Assembly (NCBI RefSeq): GCF_037042905.1
Contig: NC_087245.1
Span: 38,938,001-39,002,000 of the forward strand
DNA: 64,000 bases
Reading direction: 5' to 3'
DNA from: Lytechinus pictus
Lineage: Eukaryota
Below, in pieces: positions 39,066 to 53,748 of this stretch. Position numbers and translations under genes: made by a program. The notes beneath the pieces are model-generated. The model saw nothing but the letters and a program-made list of their open reading frames with translations. It did not search any database and was not told the origin of the DNA. The stretch's first letter is position 1, and every line of letters begins with the position of its first letter.

Positions 39066-39880
39066 GGGTGCGTTTATCCGCCACTTTTTCACCCTAGAAT
39101 CATGATCTGAATCATGATTCAAATCATGATTCTGCAGAATCACGATTGCGTTTAGTCGAAATTGAATATAATCATGATTAGAATCACAAACATGAAACAC
39201 GAAAAAAGGGGCGTTTGGAAAGACGTTTCTGCAGAATCACGTACGAAAATGTTCGAATAAACGATATCGTGATTTGAATCATGATTATATGACCTCACTG
39301 TGTCGGGCTACTTTCGGTTTGACTCTTGCCAAGCTCAAGGCTCTCTATATGCTCATTGTATGTACATGATTACTCTGCATGCATTTCTTGTCATGTTCAA
39401 GTTCTGTGTTGGTCATCGCATCGTCCACTACTTTTCATTTTTTGGTCATGTCTTCAACTTCAAGTTCTAGTAAATGAATTAACTGGACAGACAATGATCT
39501 CAGTTGTTGTTGAGTATAGAGTGTCAATATTAAATTGGATCTACGCTGAAATTCACTTCCGAACACCATTTTGGATAAACTAACAAGATGAATAGAAGCA
39601 TATGGACCCTATATGATAGAATTAAACAAAATTAGGTATAGACTGAATTCTAGAAGCAAAAGATTTTTCGAGAGCCGAAACACGTGCGAAAAACTTCCTC
39701 TGTCAAACTGCGCACTAGTGATGCGCACTGGATTGGCCCGAATCTGAGGAGAAACAGCATTGGAATGAAGGTCGTCTAAACGCTGATTCTGTGATATCGT
39801 GATTCATGTTTGTGTTTTGAATCATGATTCAAATCATGATTCAAATCATGATTCTGGATTGAGGTCGCATAAACGCAGCC
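39066..39880. mobile_element. PIF/Harbinger-like non-autonomous element, copy 2
   Basis: Same TIRs as 14184-14992; 3-bp TSD TGG. Confidence 0.85.
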
Positions 39881-40109
39881 TGGATCAACTAAAAAATTAC
39901 AAGACATCAGCATATTCACGACTCTCACTGGAAAATAGGAATTATGTCTCATACTGCAGAATGTGAACTAGATTTATAGGTCCAAGTCAATCCTTCTGTT
40001 GTCGTCTCCTAATTGAGTGTGAAGCATGAAATAGGTTCAGAAATGCCAGGGTCATTCATGGCCTTATCTTCAACACAAAGAAATATTGGATTTCTCTCAA
40101 GTCCTGCAT

Positions 40110-40552
40110 CAGTTTACTGGGTTTAATTCCAATTCGTCTAATGCCAATTCATCCAATTGCCAACTCGTTTACTATTATTTGGTCTACCATCCGTTCGTCC
40201 ACTCACCGTGTGGTCTACTTTCATTTAGTCTAATGCCATTCCGTCTAATAACCAGTTGGTCCGATAGCCATTTAGTCCATATACCATTTGGTCTAATTGG
40301 ACCATGGACCTACATGTACTGGACTAAAGTGTTTAATTGTGCAAAATTATTGAAATTGAAATGGAATAGACCAACTGGTTATGAGACGAAATTGTCATAG
40401 ATGAAATGGTGATTAGACAAAGTGATGATTGGACCAAATGGTTGTTAGACAAAATGTTGATGGACAAAATGGCATTAGACTAAATGAAAGTAGACCATGT
40501 GGTGAGTGGACAATTGGCAGTAGCAGACGAATTGGCAATTACTGTAAACTGC
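40110..40552. mobile_element. Foldback-type MITE with internal short tandem motifs
   Basis: aattccaattcgtct / agacgaattggcaatt inverted ends; repeated GTCTA motifs on the left and TAGAC on the right. Confidence 0.6.
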
Positions 40553-41392
40553 AGTACTCATCTGCAATAAAGGCCAAGCCCATCCAAACAAATTGTTGTT
40601 TTCAACAAACTTAGACAAGTATAATGCTGAAAATGTCATCGAAATTGGACAAAAATGAGGAATGTATAATTTGAGAATTTATTTGGCCTTAGAAATAGAC
40701 ATTTGTCTCGTGTCAAAGCTTAAAACTGTACAGTGTAGGCTACAACTTCATCCTTAGGCAAAAGGAGTGGTTCTGAGTCAGAAGCAATTTATGAAATGTA
40801 ATTAGGCTAACATGACCTCCCTTGGATGTGGAGACATCAATACTCGACTCTTACAAGTCAGGTGACGAAATCCACCTGACAAATGTATTACACAAAAAAA
40901 CATATCAAAGGGATAGTACATGTAGTTGTATTTGTGGAAATGAAAGTCAGTCTTTGCACACTGATTATTTCAAGGGATTCACCCTGACAGAAATTTTATT
41001 ACAAATATAGCTGAAAAAATTATAAAAAATGTTGGTGAAGGTTTAAGGAAAATCGATCAAGGATTAAGAAAGTTATTAGAATCTAAAGTTTTTGATCTGT
41101 GATGTCATGCATGTACATGTATTTGGTAATATAAAATGCATTATTTATATTTGTTTAACTTTAATTTTAAGGTTCGTGACGACTCATTTTTTTTTCTTTT
41201 GGGAGCAGGTGGGAAATGATTTGTCTATTGATATAATGAAGGTACAATAAAAGTCTTTTCCAATTTTATGCTCGCATATGACATCACAACTTTATAAGTA
41301 AAGGGAAATTCTAATAACTTTTTTATTCTTTGATGGATTTTCCTCAAAATCTTCATCAATTATTTTTTGAATATTTTTTTCTGCTAGTATTA

Positions 41393-41553
41393 CAGGGGCA
41401 ATGGAACAGTTTTGAAAGTGGGGGGGGGGGGGGCTGACCATTCAAAATATCACAATCAGATGGTAATTTTAATGCTTTTGTACACGGTTTAGGAAAAAAG
41501 GTGGGGCGGTGCTGAAGCCCGCCCAGCCTCCCCCCTTGTTTCTGCGGCCCCTG
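41393..41553. mobile_element. MITE of the 2981-3147 family nested in a Kolobok-like element
   Basis: CAGGGGC...GCGGCCCCTG; TATTA on both sides. Confidence 0.7.
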
Positions 41554-42668
41554 TATTACAATCAACTTTTTGTTATTTAATGAAGAATTTGCTTATTTTC
41601 ATATTTACAAAATTTCAAATATTGTATTCAATTTAATGCAAAAGAAATAGGCCTACATGTAGTGAATGAATAATGACATCATCAACCTTGTAATTTACAT
41701 ATATTATATCACCAATACATGATCTGAGCAAGCTTGAGCATCATAAACAAAGTGTTATAAGCATAGCTGTACTTGTACTTGCAGTGTTATTGAAAATCCT
41801 TGAATTTTGTTTTCTCTTCATCTTAACAGTCTGTCTTGTGACATGTTTACAACTAAAGGTCTTCAAGAAATGAAGGCCTTTAGAGGTTTGTTTACATGGG
41901 GTCTTAAAGGAGATATTCAGCAGGATACAAAACATAAGTAACATACTCAACGACAATCCATCAAAGATTCACAGTGTTATTGATTTAATGTTTAGATTGT
42001 GTGACGTCATAAGTAGCTCTCTTGTGTGTTGTGTGATATGAACTCCATAAAATGCCATTTTCTCCGAAAAAAAAAAAATTTGCATTCATTTCTCCATGAT
42101 ATAATCAAGAAATATCATTTATAACTGCTTACATGTATACATATGAAATGTTTGCAGTCATCATAAACCATAAAAAAAATGAAATTCATGGAATTTATAT
42201 TTTCATGGGAGAGCAGCAATATTATAATATCAAAAATTCAAAACTTGAAAAATTATTCTTATTCTTTGATCGATTTTCGTCAAACCTTCACAAATTTTTC
42301 CTTAAAATTTTCTGCCTTTAATAACACATCTTTATTGTCAGAGTGAAGTGGCAAGTTTTCCAACATTCTCACTTGCAGCTGGAAAAGTATTTCTTTTACA
42401 ACGTTTAATCCCGAATGAGGGGAGGATCCTATCCTAAATGTAGTTTGACCTTGAATCCATGGTCTGTATGATGAACAAAACAGACAACAAACAATAGGTC
42501 ATTGCCAGCTGAAAGAGGTGGATATTTCAGAGTCATATAATATAAAGGGATTTTTTTTAAAGAAGTCATCAATACAAATATGCTTTGCAAAATGCATTAG
42601 CTGCAAATTCCTTTTTCTTTTAGTTTAAGGAAACATTTAATAGCAGTACTGTATTTTAACCTGGCTAA

Positions 42669-43100
42669 AGCCCCCATCACACTTATTCCGAATCAAGCAG
42701 AATTGGCCTGAATGAAAGGACTATTGTTTGACCACCAGTTGGTCATTTAAATCTACTTCGAACACCGTTCGAAAATACCCCTCGAATGTTTTGAACATGA
42801 CCAAAACCTTCGGGACGGCCAAAAGAAATGACAAAAATATTTCGAATGCACCCAGAATGCAGTCAGAATATTAAGAATGCGCCTAGAATGTCCAAGAATG
42901 TAGCACGAATTATCAATCTGACTCAATTGCGGCTCATTTTGACTAGTGTATGAGTATTCACCTGGTCAATTTACTGAATTTGAACTCCAGTTTTGGTGAA
43001 TTCATAAGTTCCTCCCAAAAATTTCTAGATTTTTTGAATATTTTTTTCGTTCCAGCTTCTGCTTGATTCCTGCCGATTCCGAATAAGCGTGATGGGGGTT
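42669..43100. mobile_element. Harbinger-like MITE
   Basis: TIR agcccccatcacacttattccgaatc / gattccgaataagcgtgatgggggtt. Confidence 0.65.
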
Positions 43101-43755
43101 TTACTGATTTTCATCCCTGAATTTATTAGGCCTAAATCGTTTTGTTTTGTGAGCTATATTAAAAAGAATTCATGTCTCTTACATGTAGTTTTTCCCCCTC
43201 TAAATGCAAACATGCAATCCTGATTGTGTTTGAAATTCTTTATTGTAGTGTAGTTGTACCCAATGTAAATAAAGTAAATGCACTTGTCAAGTTGTCAGTA
43301 GGCCTACATAAATTCCGACTCCCAGGAGAGCATTTCATCAATATTTTCGTCCGACAAGTTGTCAGACCTGACATCTTTCCTAGACTCTGATTGGCCGAGA
43401 GGCATTGTTACTATGGTAACTGCTGGAAAATATGGGACTTGTCGTCAGATAAAACGTCTGACAAGTGAAGTGCTTCCGTGAAACGCTCCCCAGGTTCTGA
43501 CATTTCACTCACAGCATGTCATCAAATACTACCATAACAGCAGCGCAGGTGAATACCAGTGTTTTCGTATGATACATTTTGGAACCCATGCATACATGTA
43601 AGTTGTTAGTTTAAATCCTGGTGGGGTGCACAGTCCAGAGAAATGACATGTAATGCTGCAAGTTACATATATAGAGGATATATTAATTCATTTACATTTC
43701 AATCTTTGCCTCATAAACATTGGCCAGCAACATAAGCCTCTAGAATAATCTGTAA

Positions 43756-44140
43756 TACGCTTTTCACACTGCATTTCCTTAACCCCATACTATCCTTAAC
43801 CCCATACTATCTTGTCTTTTTTTTTTTCACACTGTCTTTCTTAATAGCCCCATACTATTTGCTTAGCCGGGGTAAACGCCTTAAACCTGGACTCATGAAT
43901 ATTGATGATTTTGCCACACAGAGCGTGGTAAACGTGCAATTTCAACTTCTGTGATTGGCTAATGCTTAGCCCCACTCTTCCTTAGCCCGGTTTAGTTTCA
44001 CACTGCTTTTTTGCAGGGCAAGATAGTACTGTACTATTTACCGTGCTAGCCCACTTTGCTAATACGTACCGTAACCGTAGTGTGAAAACGAAGTGGGCTA
44101 AGCTTAACCCTGGGAAATTATGTGCAGTGTGAAAAGCACA
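43756..44140. mobile_element. Harbinger-like MITE
   Basis: TIR gcttttcacactgca / tgcagtgtgaaaagc; TAA on both sides. Confidence 0.7.
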
Positions 44141-45339
44141 TAATTTAACAAAAAAGGAATTCCACACACACAGAGTACATGGCAGAATACCAGTAAACAA
44201 ATTCTTTACACAAGCAGTTCTTTTCACAAGTTAGTTTGTTGATACTAATTAATACATAATAGTAAATATTTACTGTATATCATTGAATAAGACAAGAATG
44301 AATAACAAGACCCTTCGGTGTGAAACCTACAGTATTTCAAAATAGATACAATGCAAAAATATAGAGTTTGCCAGCCTGAATAGTAATAGAAATATTGACA
44401 TAACCATCAAATCACTAAACAATACAATGGTATCTAAGGCAATGAGTATTAAACCCAACTTACCAAAATGTAACTTTTTTATTTACAGATAAATAATAGT
44501 ACAATGTAGGCCTACCCGCTGTTGACACTAGTGTGGTTTATGTGGTTTTATGCTGTAATATGATTGATAAACACTCGATTTGCATTTAGTATAGATCTAC
44601 TATTCCAGGGCGTTGATTTGTATTCATATGTTTTATTGGGTCAACACAAGACCAAGTATAAACAAAAATAACAAATCAAACACAATTAAACTACTGTATT
44701 TACAATGTCAAGTAATCATTACATCATTAGAAAAACTATATATATATAAATAATAATAATTACTATTCCAGGGCTTTGAATTATAAAAGTTAAGTAGGAT
44801 TGAGATTTATGTTACTGTTAAATAGTATAAAACATAGCCCAGATCTATTAAACAAATTACACTTTTTTGGATTTCGAGCTATAGTTTGACTGGATTAAGG
44901 ACTACTTAAATGACAGAAGACAATTTGTAGATTACAATGGTGTTCACTGGAACCATTGGACGGCAGTGGTCGGGCAAAACCGGCAAAGAAGATTTGCGAC
45001 CACCACTCGTGAAGAACACTGCTTCCGTCCACTAATTTCAAATGAAAATTATTTCAAAACTAACTCCTTGCAAAGGGGAATTGTGCTTGCCTTCATTTCC
45101 ATCTTTATTCTTGTGATATTTGCATCATTTACATTAATATTTGATAAATATTATTATTGTTATTTATTAGATTGTTATTACATTGATATTCCTTCACGTT
45201 TGGCTTTAACTCGGCCTGAAAAAACGTTGAAATGCCATGAAATAGTAACCACCACTGACATGGGTCTAACTAGAACCATGGACCTACTACATTGTAGGTC
45301 GCTAGAACACTGCTCATGAATTGTCAGAAGAACTTCCAG

Positions 45340-45554
45340 GGGGGGTGTTTCACAAAGATTTTTAAGAATGACTTATAGGCGCACTTAAATGTCTACTTGC
45401 GTGCGGTATAAAAGGAATGGCGGCATTGGTCAGATCATGCGAAGAGGACGTGCACTACTGTGTATTGATCAATAAGATTGTGCGTTGCATATCATGTACA
45501 CGTCAGCATTTAAGTGCGACTTAAGTCATACTTATGTCTTTGTGAAACACCCCC
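45340..45554. mobile_element. Palindromic MITE
   Basis: GGGGGTGTTTCACAAAG / CTTTGTGAAACACCCCC in a CCAGG context; similar elements at 43325-43492 and 49783-49970. Confidence 0.7.
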
Positions 45555-45764
45555 AGGTCTGAGTGTGAATGCCTGTAGGTATTCTATCAAAACAGTGCTT
45601 GTTTTCAAATGACTGTCAAGGTATGTGAACTTTACAGTGGAAGGCTGAAAAACATGAAAATTTGTTTGTGTTTCTAAGGTCAAAGACAATATAGGACAAT
45701 TCCCACAAGGCTCAGTGAGTCAGGGATGTTAGGTGTGTTCTCACTCTCCATCAATTTATGATCT

Positions 45765-45990
45765 AACAATAATAATAATAATAATTAAAACAACTTTCAT
45801 TTTTATCAAGGGTAGCCACTGAATAATTATTGCTCTTCTCCATGCATTTTCAAAAGTCAACGCCTGAATACAAGAAAGCAGAAGGTCCAATATATTTCCC
45901 AGACTTTTGTATGACTCGGCCGGGGATTGAACCCACGACCTCCCATTCATGACTCTCATGAGGCAGGCGCTCTACCACTGACCCAACAGA
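45765..45990 (-). mobile_element. tRNA-derived SINE
   Basis: Minus strand GGGTCAGTGGTAGAGCG...GGTTCAATCCC, with an (ATT)n tail. Confidence 0.7.
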
Positions 45991-46842
45991 AAGTGGTGAA
46001 AACTACAGGTGTATATGAAGTGTCTAAATTTTGTTTCAAAGTAAACAAGTTTTAAATGGTCTCCTTTATTTTGATAAAAGCAAAAATACTGGGAGGGGGC
46101 ACATTGCATTTCCTTTTCTCTGCTTTAAAAAATGTAAATTACATGAATCTTCATTCTGATCAAATGCACTCTATACGTGTAGGTATTTTTCAACTTCAAA
46201 TGGCAAAAAGCCTGAAACCCAATTCATAAATAAGATTTAATAAAACAAACTGGTAGATATCTTTTAAGTTCCTGGAGGATTAATACCACAATTAAAATGA
46301 AAGGACCGTTTTCCTCAATAAAAAACTTTTACAAATATTCCATCCACAATTTCATTCATGGAAAAAATATGAAACTGCAAAGGCGCAAGTTGAATGTCAT
46401 TATTTCAAGTATTATCTCCCTTTGTCAATCAACTGTTTTCCTCTTTCACTTACGACTAATTTACAGTGTACATTGCTATGAACCTTGCTGTCAAATATCG
46501 GAGCATTTGGACATTTCACTCCAGAAAAATAAGCACGACAATCTAAATTATTAAAGGTACAAACCTCTATTCAGTTTGTGAGATTGAATTTTATAAGTAA
46601 CCACTTCAAAGTAATTGGGGGAAAAAAGTTAATTATCTAATGTAGTGCGTGAACTTTAATAGTCATAGTGCATGCATGTTTTAGAAATCACTGAAATGTA
46701 AAGAAATTGACTGCAGAGCGACACGAACCTCACACAGAAATGTATGGGAAAAAAGTTCGGTGGCGACTTCGCCCCAACATGAACAAGCTGACTCGGGCCA
46801 TCGCCTGAACGCGGAAGGGGTTTTGAGAAGCAAGCCTTTCAA

Positions 46843-47422
46843 AGGGATGGTCCGGGCTGAAAATATTTTTATCTTAATACATAAAGTAGAATTCACTGAG
46901 CAAAATGCCGAAAATTTCATCTAAATCGGATAACAAATAACAAAGTTATGGAATTTTAAAGTTTAGCAATATTTGTGAAAACAGTCGTCGTGAATATTCA
47001 TTAGGTGGGCTGATGATGTCACATCCCCACTTTCCGTTTTCTTATGTTATTTATAAAATCATAATTTTTTCATTATTTCCTACTTGTGTGAATAATATGT
47101 TTCCCTTATAATGAAATAAGTTGCAGCAATAAATATCTAATGCACTAAATCAGTTGTCAATCCAATTTTTCTAGTTCTTGGAGGAAAAAAATTGAAAAAA
47201 CCTAATTTTATATAATAAAATACAAAAGAACAAGTGGGGATGTGACATTATCAGCCCACCTAATGAATATTCATGACAACTGTTTTCACAAAATATTGCT
47301 AAACTTTAAAATTCAATAACTTTGTTATTTGTTATCCGATTTTGATGAAATTTTCGTCATTTTGCTCGGTGAATTCTATTCTATTTATTAAGCTATAAAT
47401 ACTTTCAGCCCGGACCATCCCT
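46843..47422. mobile_element. Kolobok-like MITE with long inverted arms
   Basis: AGGGATGGTCCGGGCTGAAA / TTTCAGCCCGGACCATCCCT-TTAA; arms complementary over about 200 bp; degenerate copy at about 57110-57634. Confidence 0.85.
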
Positions 47423-47659
47423 TTAATTCATTTTCAACTTTAAAATTCTTCCTACATGTGATGAAAGGAACTATAAAATCACTATTGTTATTATTATTTC
47501 CACAATAGGAGACGTTTCCCTTTAAAAATGGCTATAGAAACCAATTCACTCAGCAATCACTCCCATGGGTACTCAGTGTCACAGACAAGAAACCTTTGTA
47601 CATGTATACATGTATAGACATATTTCTAAAAACACAAATCACTGAATTCATTATGATCA

Positions 47660-48120
47660 ACATTCAATTCAATTCAATTCAATTCATTTATTTGACATCC
47701 TTTAAAAACATATGTACAAGTATACAACAACAAAGGAGTAAAAGAATTTAAATCACAGTCTAAGCGATAAAAAATTGTCAAAATATAAAAGAAATGAAAA
47801 TAAAATGTAGCGGATGTAGGAAGTCAGAAAGGCCATTGACCTGTCAAAGCCGACTCCCTTGATTACTACATTATGGTACGATTAAAAACACAAATAGAAT
47901 AGTGGCCAAAAAACAAACAAACAAAACAGACACGAACATATCACTGAAAATAAGGGGAATGAGATAAACAGTGAATTAAAATACAAGAGGACCTACTTGA
48001 AACATTGGACCGGTATCTGAGCATTTAATAAGAAAGTATATTTTAATGAATCAAATCATAATGCAACTCTTTAAGAGATTACTTTAGATGAATTTAGAAA
48101 CACTGGTTATGAAAGAATTG
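47660..48120 (-). mobile_element. LINE (CR1/L2-like) 3' end
   Basis: Minus strand ends in AATAAAT(GAATT)n; upstream stem-loop region at 47820-47860. Confidence 0.55.
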
Positions 48121-49019
48121 TGTGTTCTGGAATTAAAAAAAGAAATTGTCAAATATGGGCAAATATGCAAATAACATGGATCAATTCCAAGATCAAATTT
48201 TTAAGATTAGAATGCAGTATGCCATATATAATGCCCATATTGGGATGTGTATTTTGGGATGTATAGGTGGTTTCAAACTGCCTCAATCACAAGAATCCCC
48301 ATTTTCTTCAGGCAAAAAATACCCATTATTTCACACTGGCCTGAAACATACCTTTCGGGATAAGTTCCTAATTACGAGCATGCACAGTATGGTCCGATAA
48401 GCAAGCAAGGCGCGAGATTTAAAATCGCTAGCTGAGCAGCCACCCACCGCGCCCGCACCCAAGTTCCAACTACACCCAGGGCTACATTGTAGTAAAAGTT
48501 CCCGTAATTTGCTTTCACACTGCCAAAATACCTGCAACCTTCGAAAAATCCTGTAATTTTCACAAGTATAGGACTACCTACTATTTAGCAGGTATTTTCT
48601 TTCGGGGAAATTACACGTAATTTGCTTTCATGCCGCCAAACTGACCTAGTAGGCCTATTTTCTGATCGGGGTAAATTTCTGGATCAGAGAATACCTGGAA
48701 CTGAGAACTTTGAGGCGGTCTGTTACTTTTTTATAAGACCATGGAGGTAAACTTTTATCTCTATCATTAAGATAGTGAATCTTTGCCATTGATAACATCT
48801 GTAGTATACATGTGTTCTCTCTGCTGTAAAAACATCGTGCAAGCCTGCAAAGGAAACGTAATCATGCCCAAACAATTGCAGTGAAAACGACATCTTTGAT
48901 TTGCTTTGACACTTATGAACATCTTTTTCATCCATGATTATCCAACTTCAACCAAGTCTGATTGCGACCAAAATTGAAGACCAGTGCTATACTATATCGG
49001 CAATTACCTTCTGTTAAAT

Positions 49020-49261
49020 CCCGGGGGGGGGGGGCAGGCACTCAGTATATAATGCATAGTGGGTATGTGCCGCGGAGGGGACCCCCATTTTTACACTCAA
49101 ATTTCCGTTCCAAGGCATATAATTTTTGTCTTATTGAGAAAAAGAAGCCTGTTCCAAGGACCCTCCTTTTTACAATAAGACCACTCCAAGGCCCCCGTTT
49201 TTTGTCTCGCCCGCGGCACATACCCACTACTTTTTTGGTAGAGTGCCCCCCCCCCCCCGGG
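49020..49261. mobile_element. MITE with CCCGGGGGG termini
   Basis: CCCGGGGGG..GGCACTC / GAGTGCCCCC..CCGGG; GTTAAAT duplicated on both sides. Confidence 0.8.
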
Positions 49262-50470
49262 GTTAAATCATGGAGGTATGTTGATAGCTCCATGGTTAAA
49301 TTTACTGTCAAATTTATCACTGGTTAATTAAGCTAAGTTCAATCATTGTAATGAAATATGGCTGAACTTCAGTTCTTGAAATTACCAATTATTATTATAT
49401 GCTTTATTTTGAGAAGGGAATTGTTATAGTGAGAACAAGGTTTATGGTCTTAATAAAGAGATTTCGATCATTTTAAGTAAAGAAAAGAAATTGACGACCC
49501 GTCGTAAATGGTCTGAGTATGTCAAGCAGATTCTCTACCTTACAAAATGTCACACACAAAAACAAAAACCAAAATCAGACATCAGTTCATCTATTAAAGA
49601 GTTGCTGCTTGGATCAGGGAATCGTTTGTGAGATTCCTTGCTTGAATCAATTTATCACTCTCAATTACACGCTATACAAACTGCACACTATGGTGGACAT
49701 ACATAGGCATGATAGGAGTCAGTCATATACATGTATGCTTGGGCTATACTCCCCAAAAATATGTCAGAAGGATATAAGCCAGGTGGGTGTTTCATAAAGC
49801 TGTAAGATACGAATGACTTTATGCAGGACTGGTGATCCTTTCTTGTGCTTAAGTTTAAAGTTAGTGATATCCCTACGTAATTGATGTAGGACCTAACTGA
49901 GTAAGAACATATTCCAGTCATGCATAAAGTTGTGCGTAACTTTACGAACAGCCTTTATGAAACACCAACCATACTGCAGGGCCAACATACTTACAGAAAA
50001 TGATAATAATCCCTGAAAATCCTTCAACCGGCCTCAACTCATCCCCATCTCACAAAACATAAAATCCACAATAATATCTGCACAGCAATGGCAGACGATA
50101 TCTCACAAGGCCCTTCGCTTCGGTAACAGCACTTGCACTTGTGCCGAAGTCAAGTCAACTCCCTGCCTGCCGTTTGCAGTGGGACTGATGAAGTGTAGGA
50201 GGCGGAGGAGTGATGACTGGGTTTTCAATCTGGTCATCAACTCTGAGCCTGGATCATCACATATAGTCTCTTATTTCAGACCCCTTTTACTGTAGTCTTT
50301 GTTCCACTCTACTTCAGAAAGGGGGTGATCCTTCCATGTAGCCTACATGTAGTACAGCGAGCTGGTTTGTAGATTGCCAATTGCTCTACGGTCCACTGAC
50401 TTTGTCTATTTCATCCTACATGGTTTAATCCTACTTTGTCTAGAACCTGTTCGTCTATTTTAATATCATT

Positions 50471-50786
50471 GGCCCGTATTCTGAACTCGGGTTTAAATTA
50501 GACCCTGGTTTAAAGTTGTGGTTTAACTATGGAAAGCCAATTGGAGCACAAATCCCCAACAGTACACATTCAATATATTACTAGTAACTCATATGACACC
50601 CAAATTGTTCAAAATTGTCGGGAATGATAACTGAAGAATTTTTCTTCATTATGAAAGCAAAAGGAAACAAAAGAGTAAACATAAGAGATATACAATATAA
50701 CATAATTTTTGAACTTTTGACTCCCCATAATTTTAGCACAGAGTTAGACCGTGGTCTACGTTAAACCTGACTTCAGAATACGGGCC
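50471..50786. mobile_element. Harbinger-like MITE
   Basis: TIR GGCCCGTATTCTGAA / TTCAGAATACGGGCC; 3-bp TSD ATT. Confidence 0.85.
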
Positions 50787-52090
50787 ATTTTGTCTAATTT
50801 CCACTCAGGATAAAGGACCCATTTGATCTAATATCCATTTGGTATTATACAACCTAGTCCATTTTTTTTTTTTGGGGGGGGGGGGGTCGATGAAGTGTTT
50901 TATTAACCAAATCTTCATTTGGCATAAGGCTATATGAGGATGAGGCTTATAATATTGGTATTAGACAGAATGGACCAAGTGAACCAAACAGCAAATCGCT
51001 CATCACAAAGAGACCGATTGTGAAATTTATATAGCCTAGGTCTTTGGTTTAAACATAGGCCCAACCCCCCCCCCCCCCCCCCCGAGAAAATATATCACTA
51101 AGACCCCTGCTACACCTGATTTCCTAAGTAGTCTTGGGGCGCCCCAAGACCAGTCTCGGGGAGGTTTCTAATCCAGTGTAAACGCACAAACCTAACCGAG
51201 ACCCCTTCTGAGCAAACCTATATCGGACCACCTCGTGATGTGTTCCGGACCGGTCTCGGGGCGCCCCGAGACTGATTTGGATTCGGTGTAAATGCAAACC
51301 TGCACGAGACTGGTCCGATAACAAGTTTGCTTGATGCGTTACACATGGAACGATTATCCAAACAACACAGCGCGCACTTGGCACCCTGCCAAACCTACCA
51401 CGGATAGCTTTGGTAATCAGGTGTAAACGCACAGAAAGCTGTCTCGGGGCACCCCGAGACCCCCCGCAAAATTGAGAAATTATGGTCTCCTCTTGTGTTT
51501 TTATTATTTATGGGAGGAGAAAGATCCATATCCATCTAAATGAGTCTGACTTCTTAGACTAAACATTAAAAACAAAACGCACTGAGACAAAGACAGAGAG
51601 AGAGAGAGGAAAATAGGAGAGATAAAGAGTGATAGAAGGGCATAGGCAAAGACAGAGTGTGCAAGACAGAGAGAAAGAGAGAGCGAGATAGAGACAGAGG
51701 GGTGGACAAGATGAAATTCAACGCCAGTTTTTGGAATAGGATACTGCTCCACTATAATTGAGGTAAAGGGGGCGTGACTTGACCTTATTTTTCACCTGGC
51801 AAAGGACCACCCATATATTGGGGGAGGCACTTGACTATTATACAAGTGTACCCCCCCCCCTCCTCCTTGGCCAGAAAAAAGTAATTTTGGGGATTATTAT
51901 ATATACATTTCAAAATAGATGTAACTGTACAATTTCATTGCCACTTTTATCATTTTCATACAAATTAACACTTATACATGTAGTCATAATTTTTGATAGC
52001 TCACCGTTCATGTTGATTTGTTTCCCTGTGTGATTCCAAGTAGAAAATTGGTGATATTGAAACTATTCGTCGTCACAGGTACAAACGTAC

Positions 52091-52135
52091 GGATATATCC
52101 ATCTGTTGTTTATCATACATCCAATGACTAGACAT
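52091..52135 (-). CDS. Candidate start-codon exon of the PDZ-PH-PH gene (MSSHWMYDKQQMDIS)
   Basis: Strong acceptor tttcttttccag at 52151, AAACATG context, donor GTACGT at 52090; phase 0, so a bridging exon is required. Confidence 0.35.
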
Positions 52136-53168
52136 GTTTGCTGCCACTATCTGGAAAAGAAATATGACAAATACAATAGTTATGGAGAAGCAAATTATTT
52201 CAAAGAGGAAATTCACCTAATCATCAAGTTGGATATGACGTAAGAGTTTACTAGGAATTCTAAAAAGTTTTTTTTATTTGTGACATCAAATGCAAACAGC
52301 TGCCCTGTAAATCCATATGAATGCTATGAATTCCCATGAATAATGGGTACACAATGACTGAAGTTTTTTCTCAAAAATTCATGTATAGAATTGTGTCTCA
52401 AAATATAATGAATGTACAGGTAAAATTGTCCCCAATTTTCTGAGAAAAAAAAGCTGTTTTGCAATTTTTTCTTACCTGTCTCATTATTCCGTGTTTAAAA
52501 CTCATTTGACATCAGGGTTAACTTGTCCTTAATCTTCACAAAGAGTCAGAATTAAGGCACTGTGCTCTAACTATCTCAACAAAAGAAATAAATATTCTCA
52601 AAACTGAAATAAACCAACCGTTTGCAGAGTTGAAGTGAAATGCTATTCTAAAACTTGATAAAAATAAAAGAAAATCCTTGACCTTCTCAATAGGTTTCCT
52701 TATAATAAAGGATTGATAAACTGGTTTTAGCAGTAGTACCTTATTCATTCTTTAACATACAATTTTGGGTGACTCAGCAACTTTTGTTTTTATGTGAACA
52801 AAGATAATTAATTTCTCTTCAATGATAGCCCAAAAGGCTTTACTATAGTGCCTACATGCATACAGCTCATTGTATCTGTACTGTTCAAACGTTTAAAAAA
52901 AATACTACAAACAATCAAAGGATTATGATATTTATATCAATTTACCAAAAAATCAAGAATACCATGTTATGGGAGCAAAGACAAAAAGATTTTGAGGTGA
53001 CAAGAAACTATCAATAAACAAAGTCTTTAAAAAATGTGTTCCTCAAGAGGGGGAGGCAGCATCAGTATACTATTACTAGCTATCAAAAAACATTCTGTTT
53101 CTACAAACATTCAAACAAAACATGTTTAGAATTTACTATAAGCATGATGATCATGATTTATACTTTAA

Positions 53169-53748
53169 AGGTCAAGTCCATCCCAGCAAAAATGTTGATT
53201 TGAATAAATAGAGAAAAATCAAACTAGCATAACAGTGAAATTTTCGTCAAAATCGGATGTAAAATAAGAAAGTTATGACATTCAAAAAATTTTGCTTATT
53301 TTTCACAAAACAGTGATTTGCATAACTCAGTGACATGCAAATGAGGCAGTCAATGATGTTCCTCACTCACTATTTCTTTTGTTTTTCATTGTTTGAATTA
53401 TACAATATTTCATTTTTTACAAATTTGACAATAAGGACCAACTTGACTAAAGTATTAAACAATGCTAATTCCACATGTTCAAGAGAAATTAATTATTGTT
53501 TCACTTGACAATAAGAATAAAATTAGAATATTTCATATTTCATATAATAGAATACAAAAGAAATAGTGAGTGGATGACGTCATCAGACCAGGATATGCAT
53601 ATAACTGTTTTGTGAAATTAAGCGAAACTTTAAAATGTCACAACTTTCTTATTTTACATCCGATTTTGATGACATTTTCAGTACTATATGCTTGTCTGAT
53701 TTTTCTCTATTGATTTAAATCAACATTTTTCTGAGGTGGACTTGTCGT
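53169..53748. mobile_element. Kolobok-like MITE
   Basis: TTAA-AGGTCAAGTCCA...TGGACTTGTCGT-TTAA with long inverted arms. Confidence 0.8.

Noticed and set aside
42373..42378. Possible 6-nt microexon (ccag|CTGCAA|gtgaga) on the minus strand
   Set aside because: Short pyrimidine tract with a nearby upstream AG and no UGC element; expected by chance.
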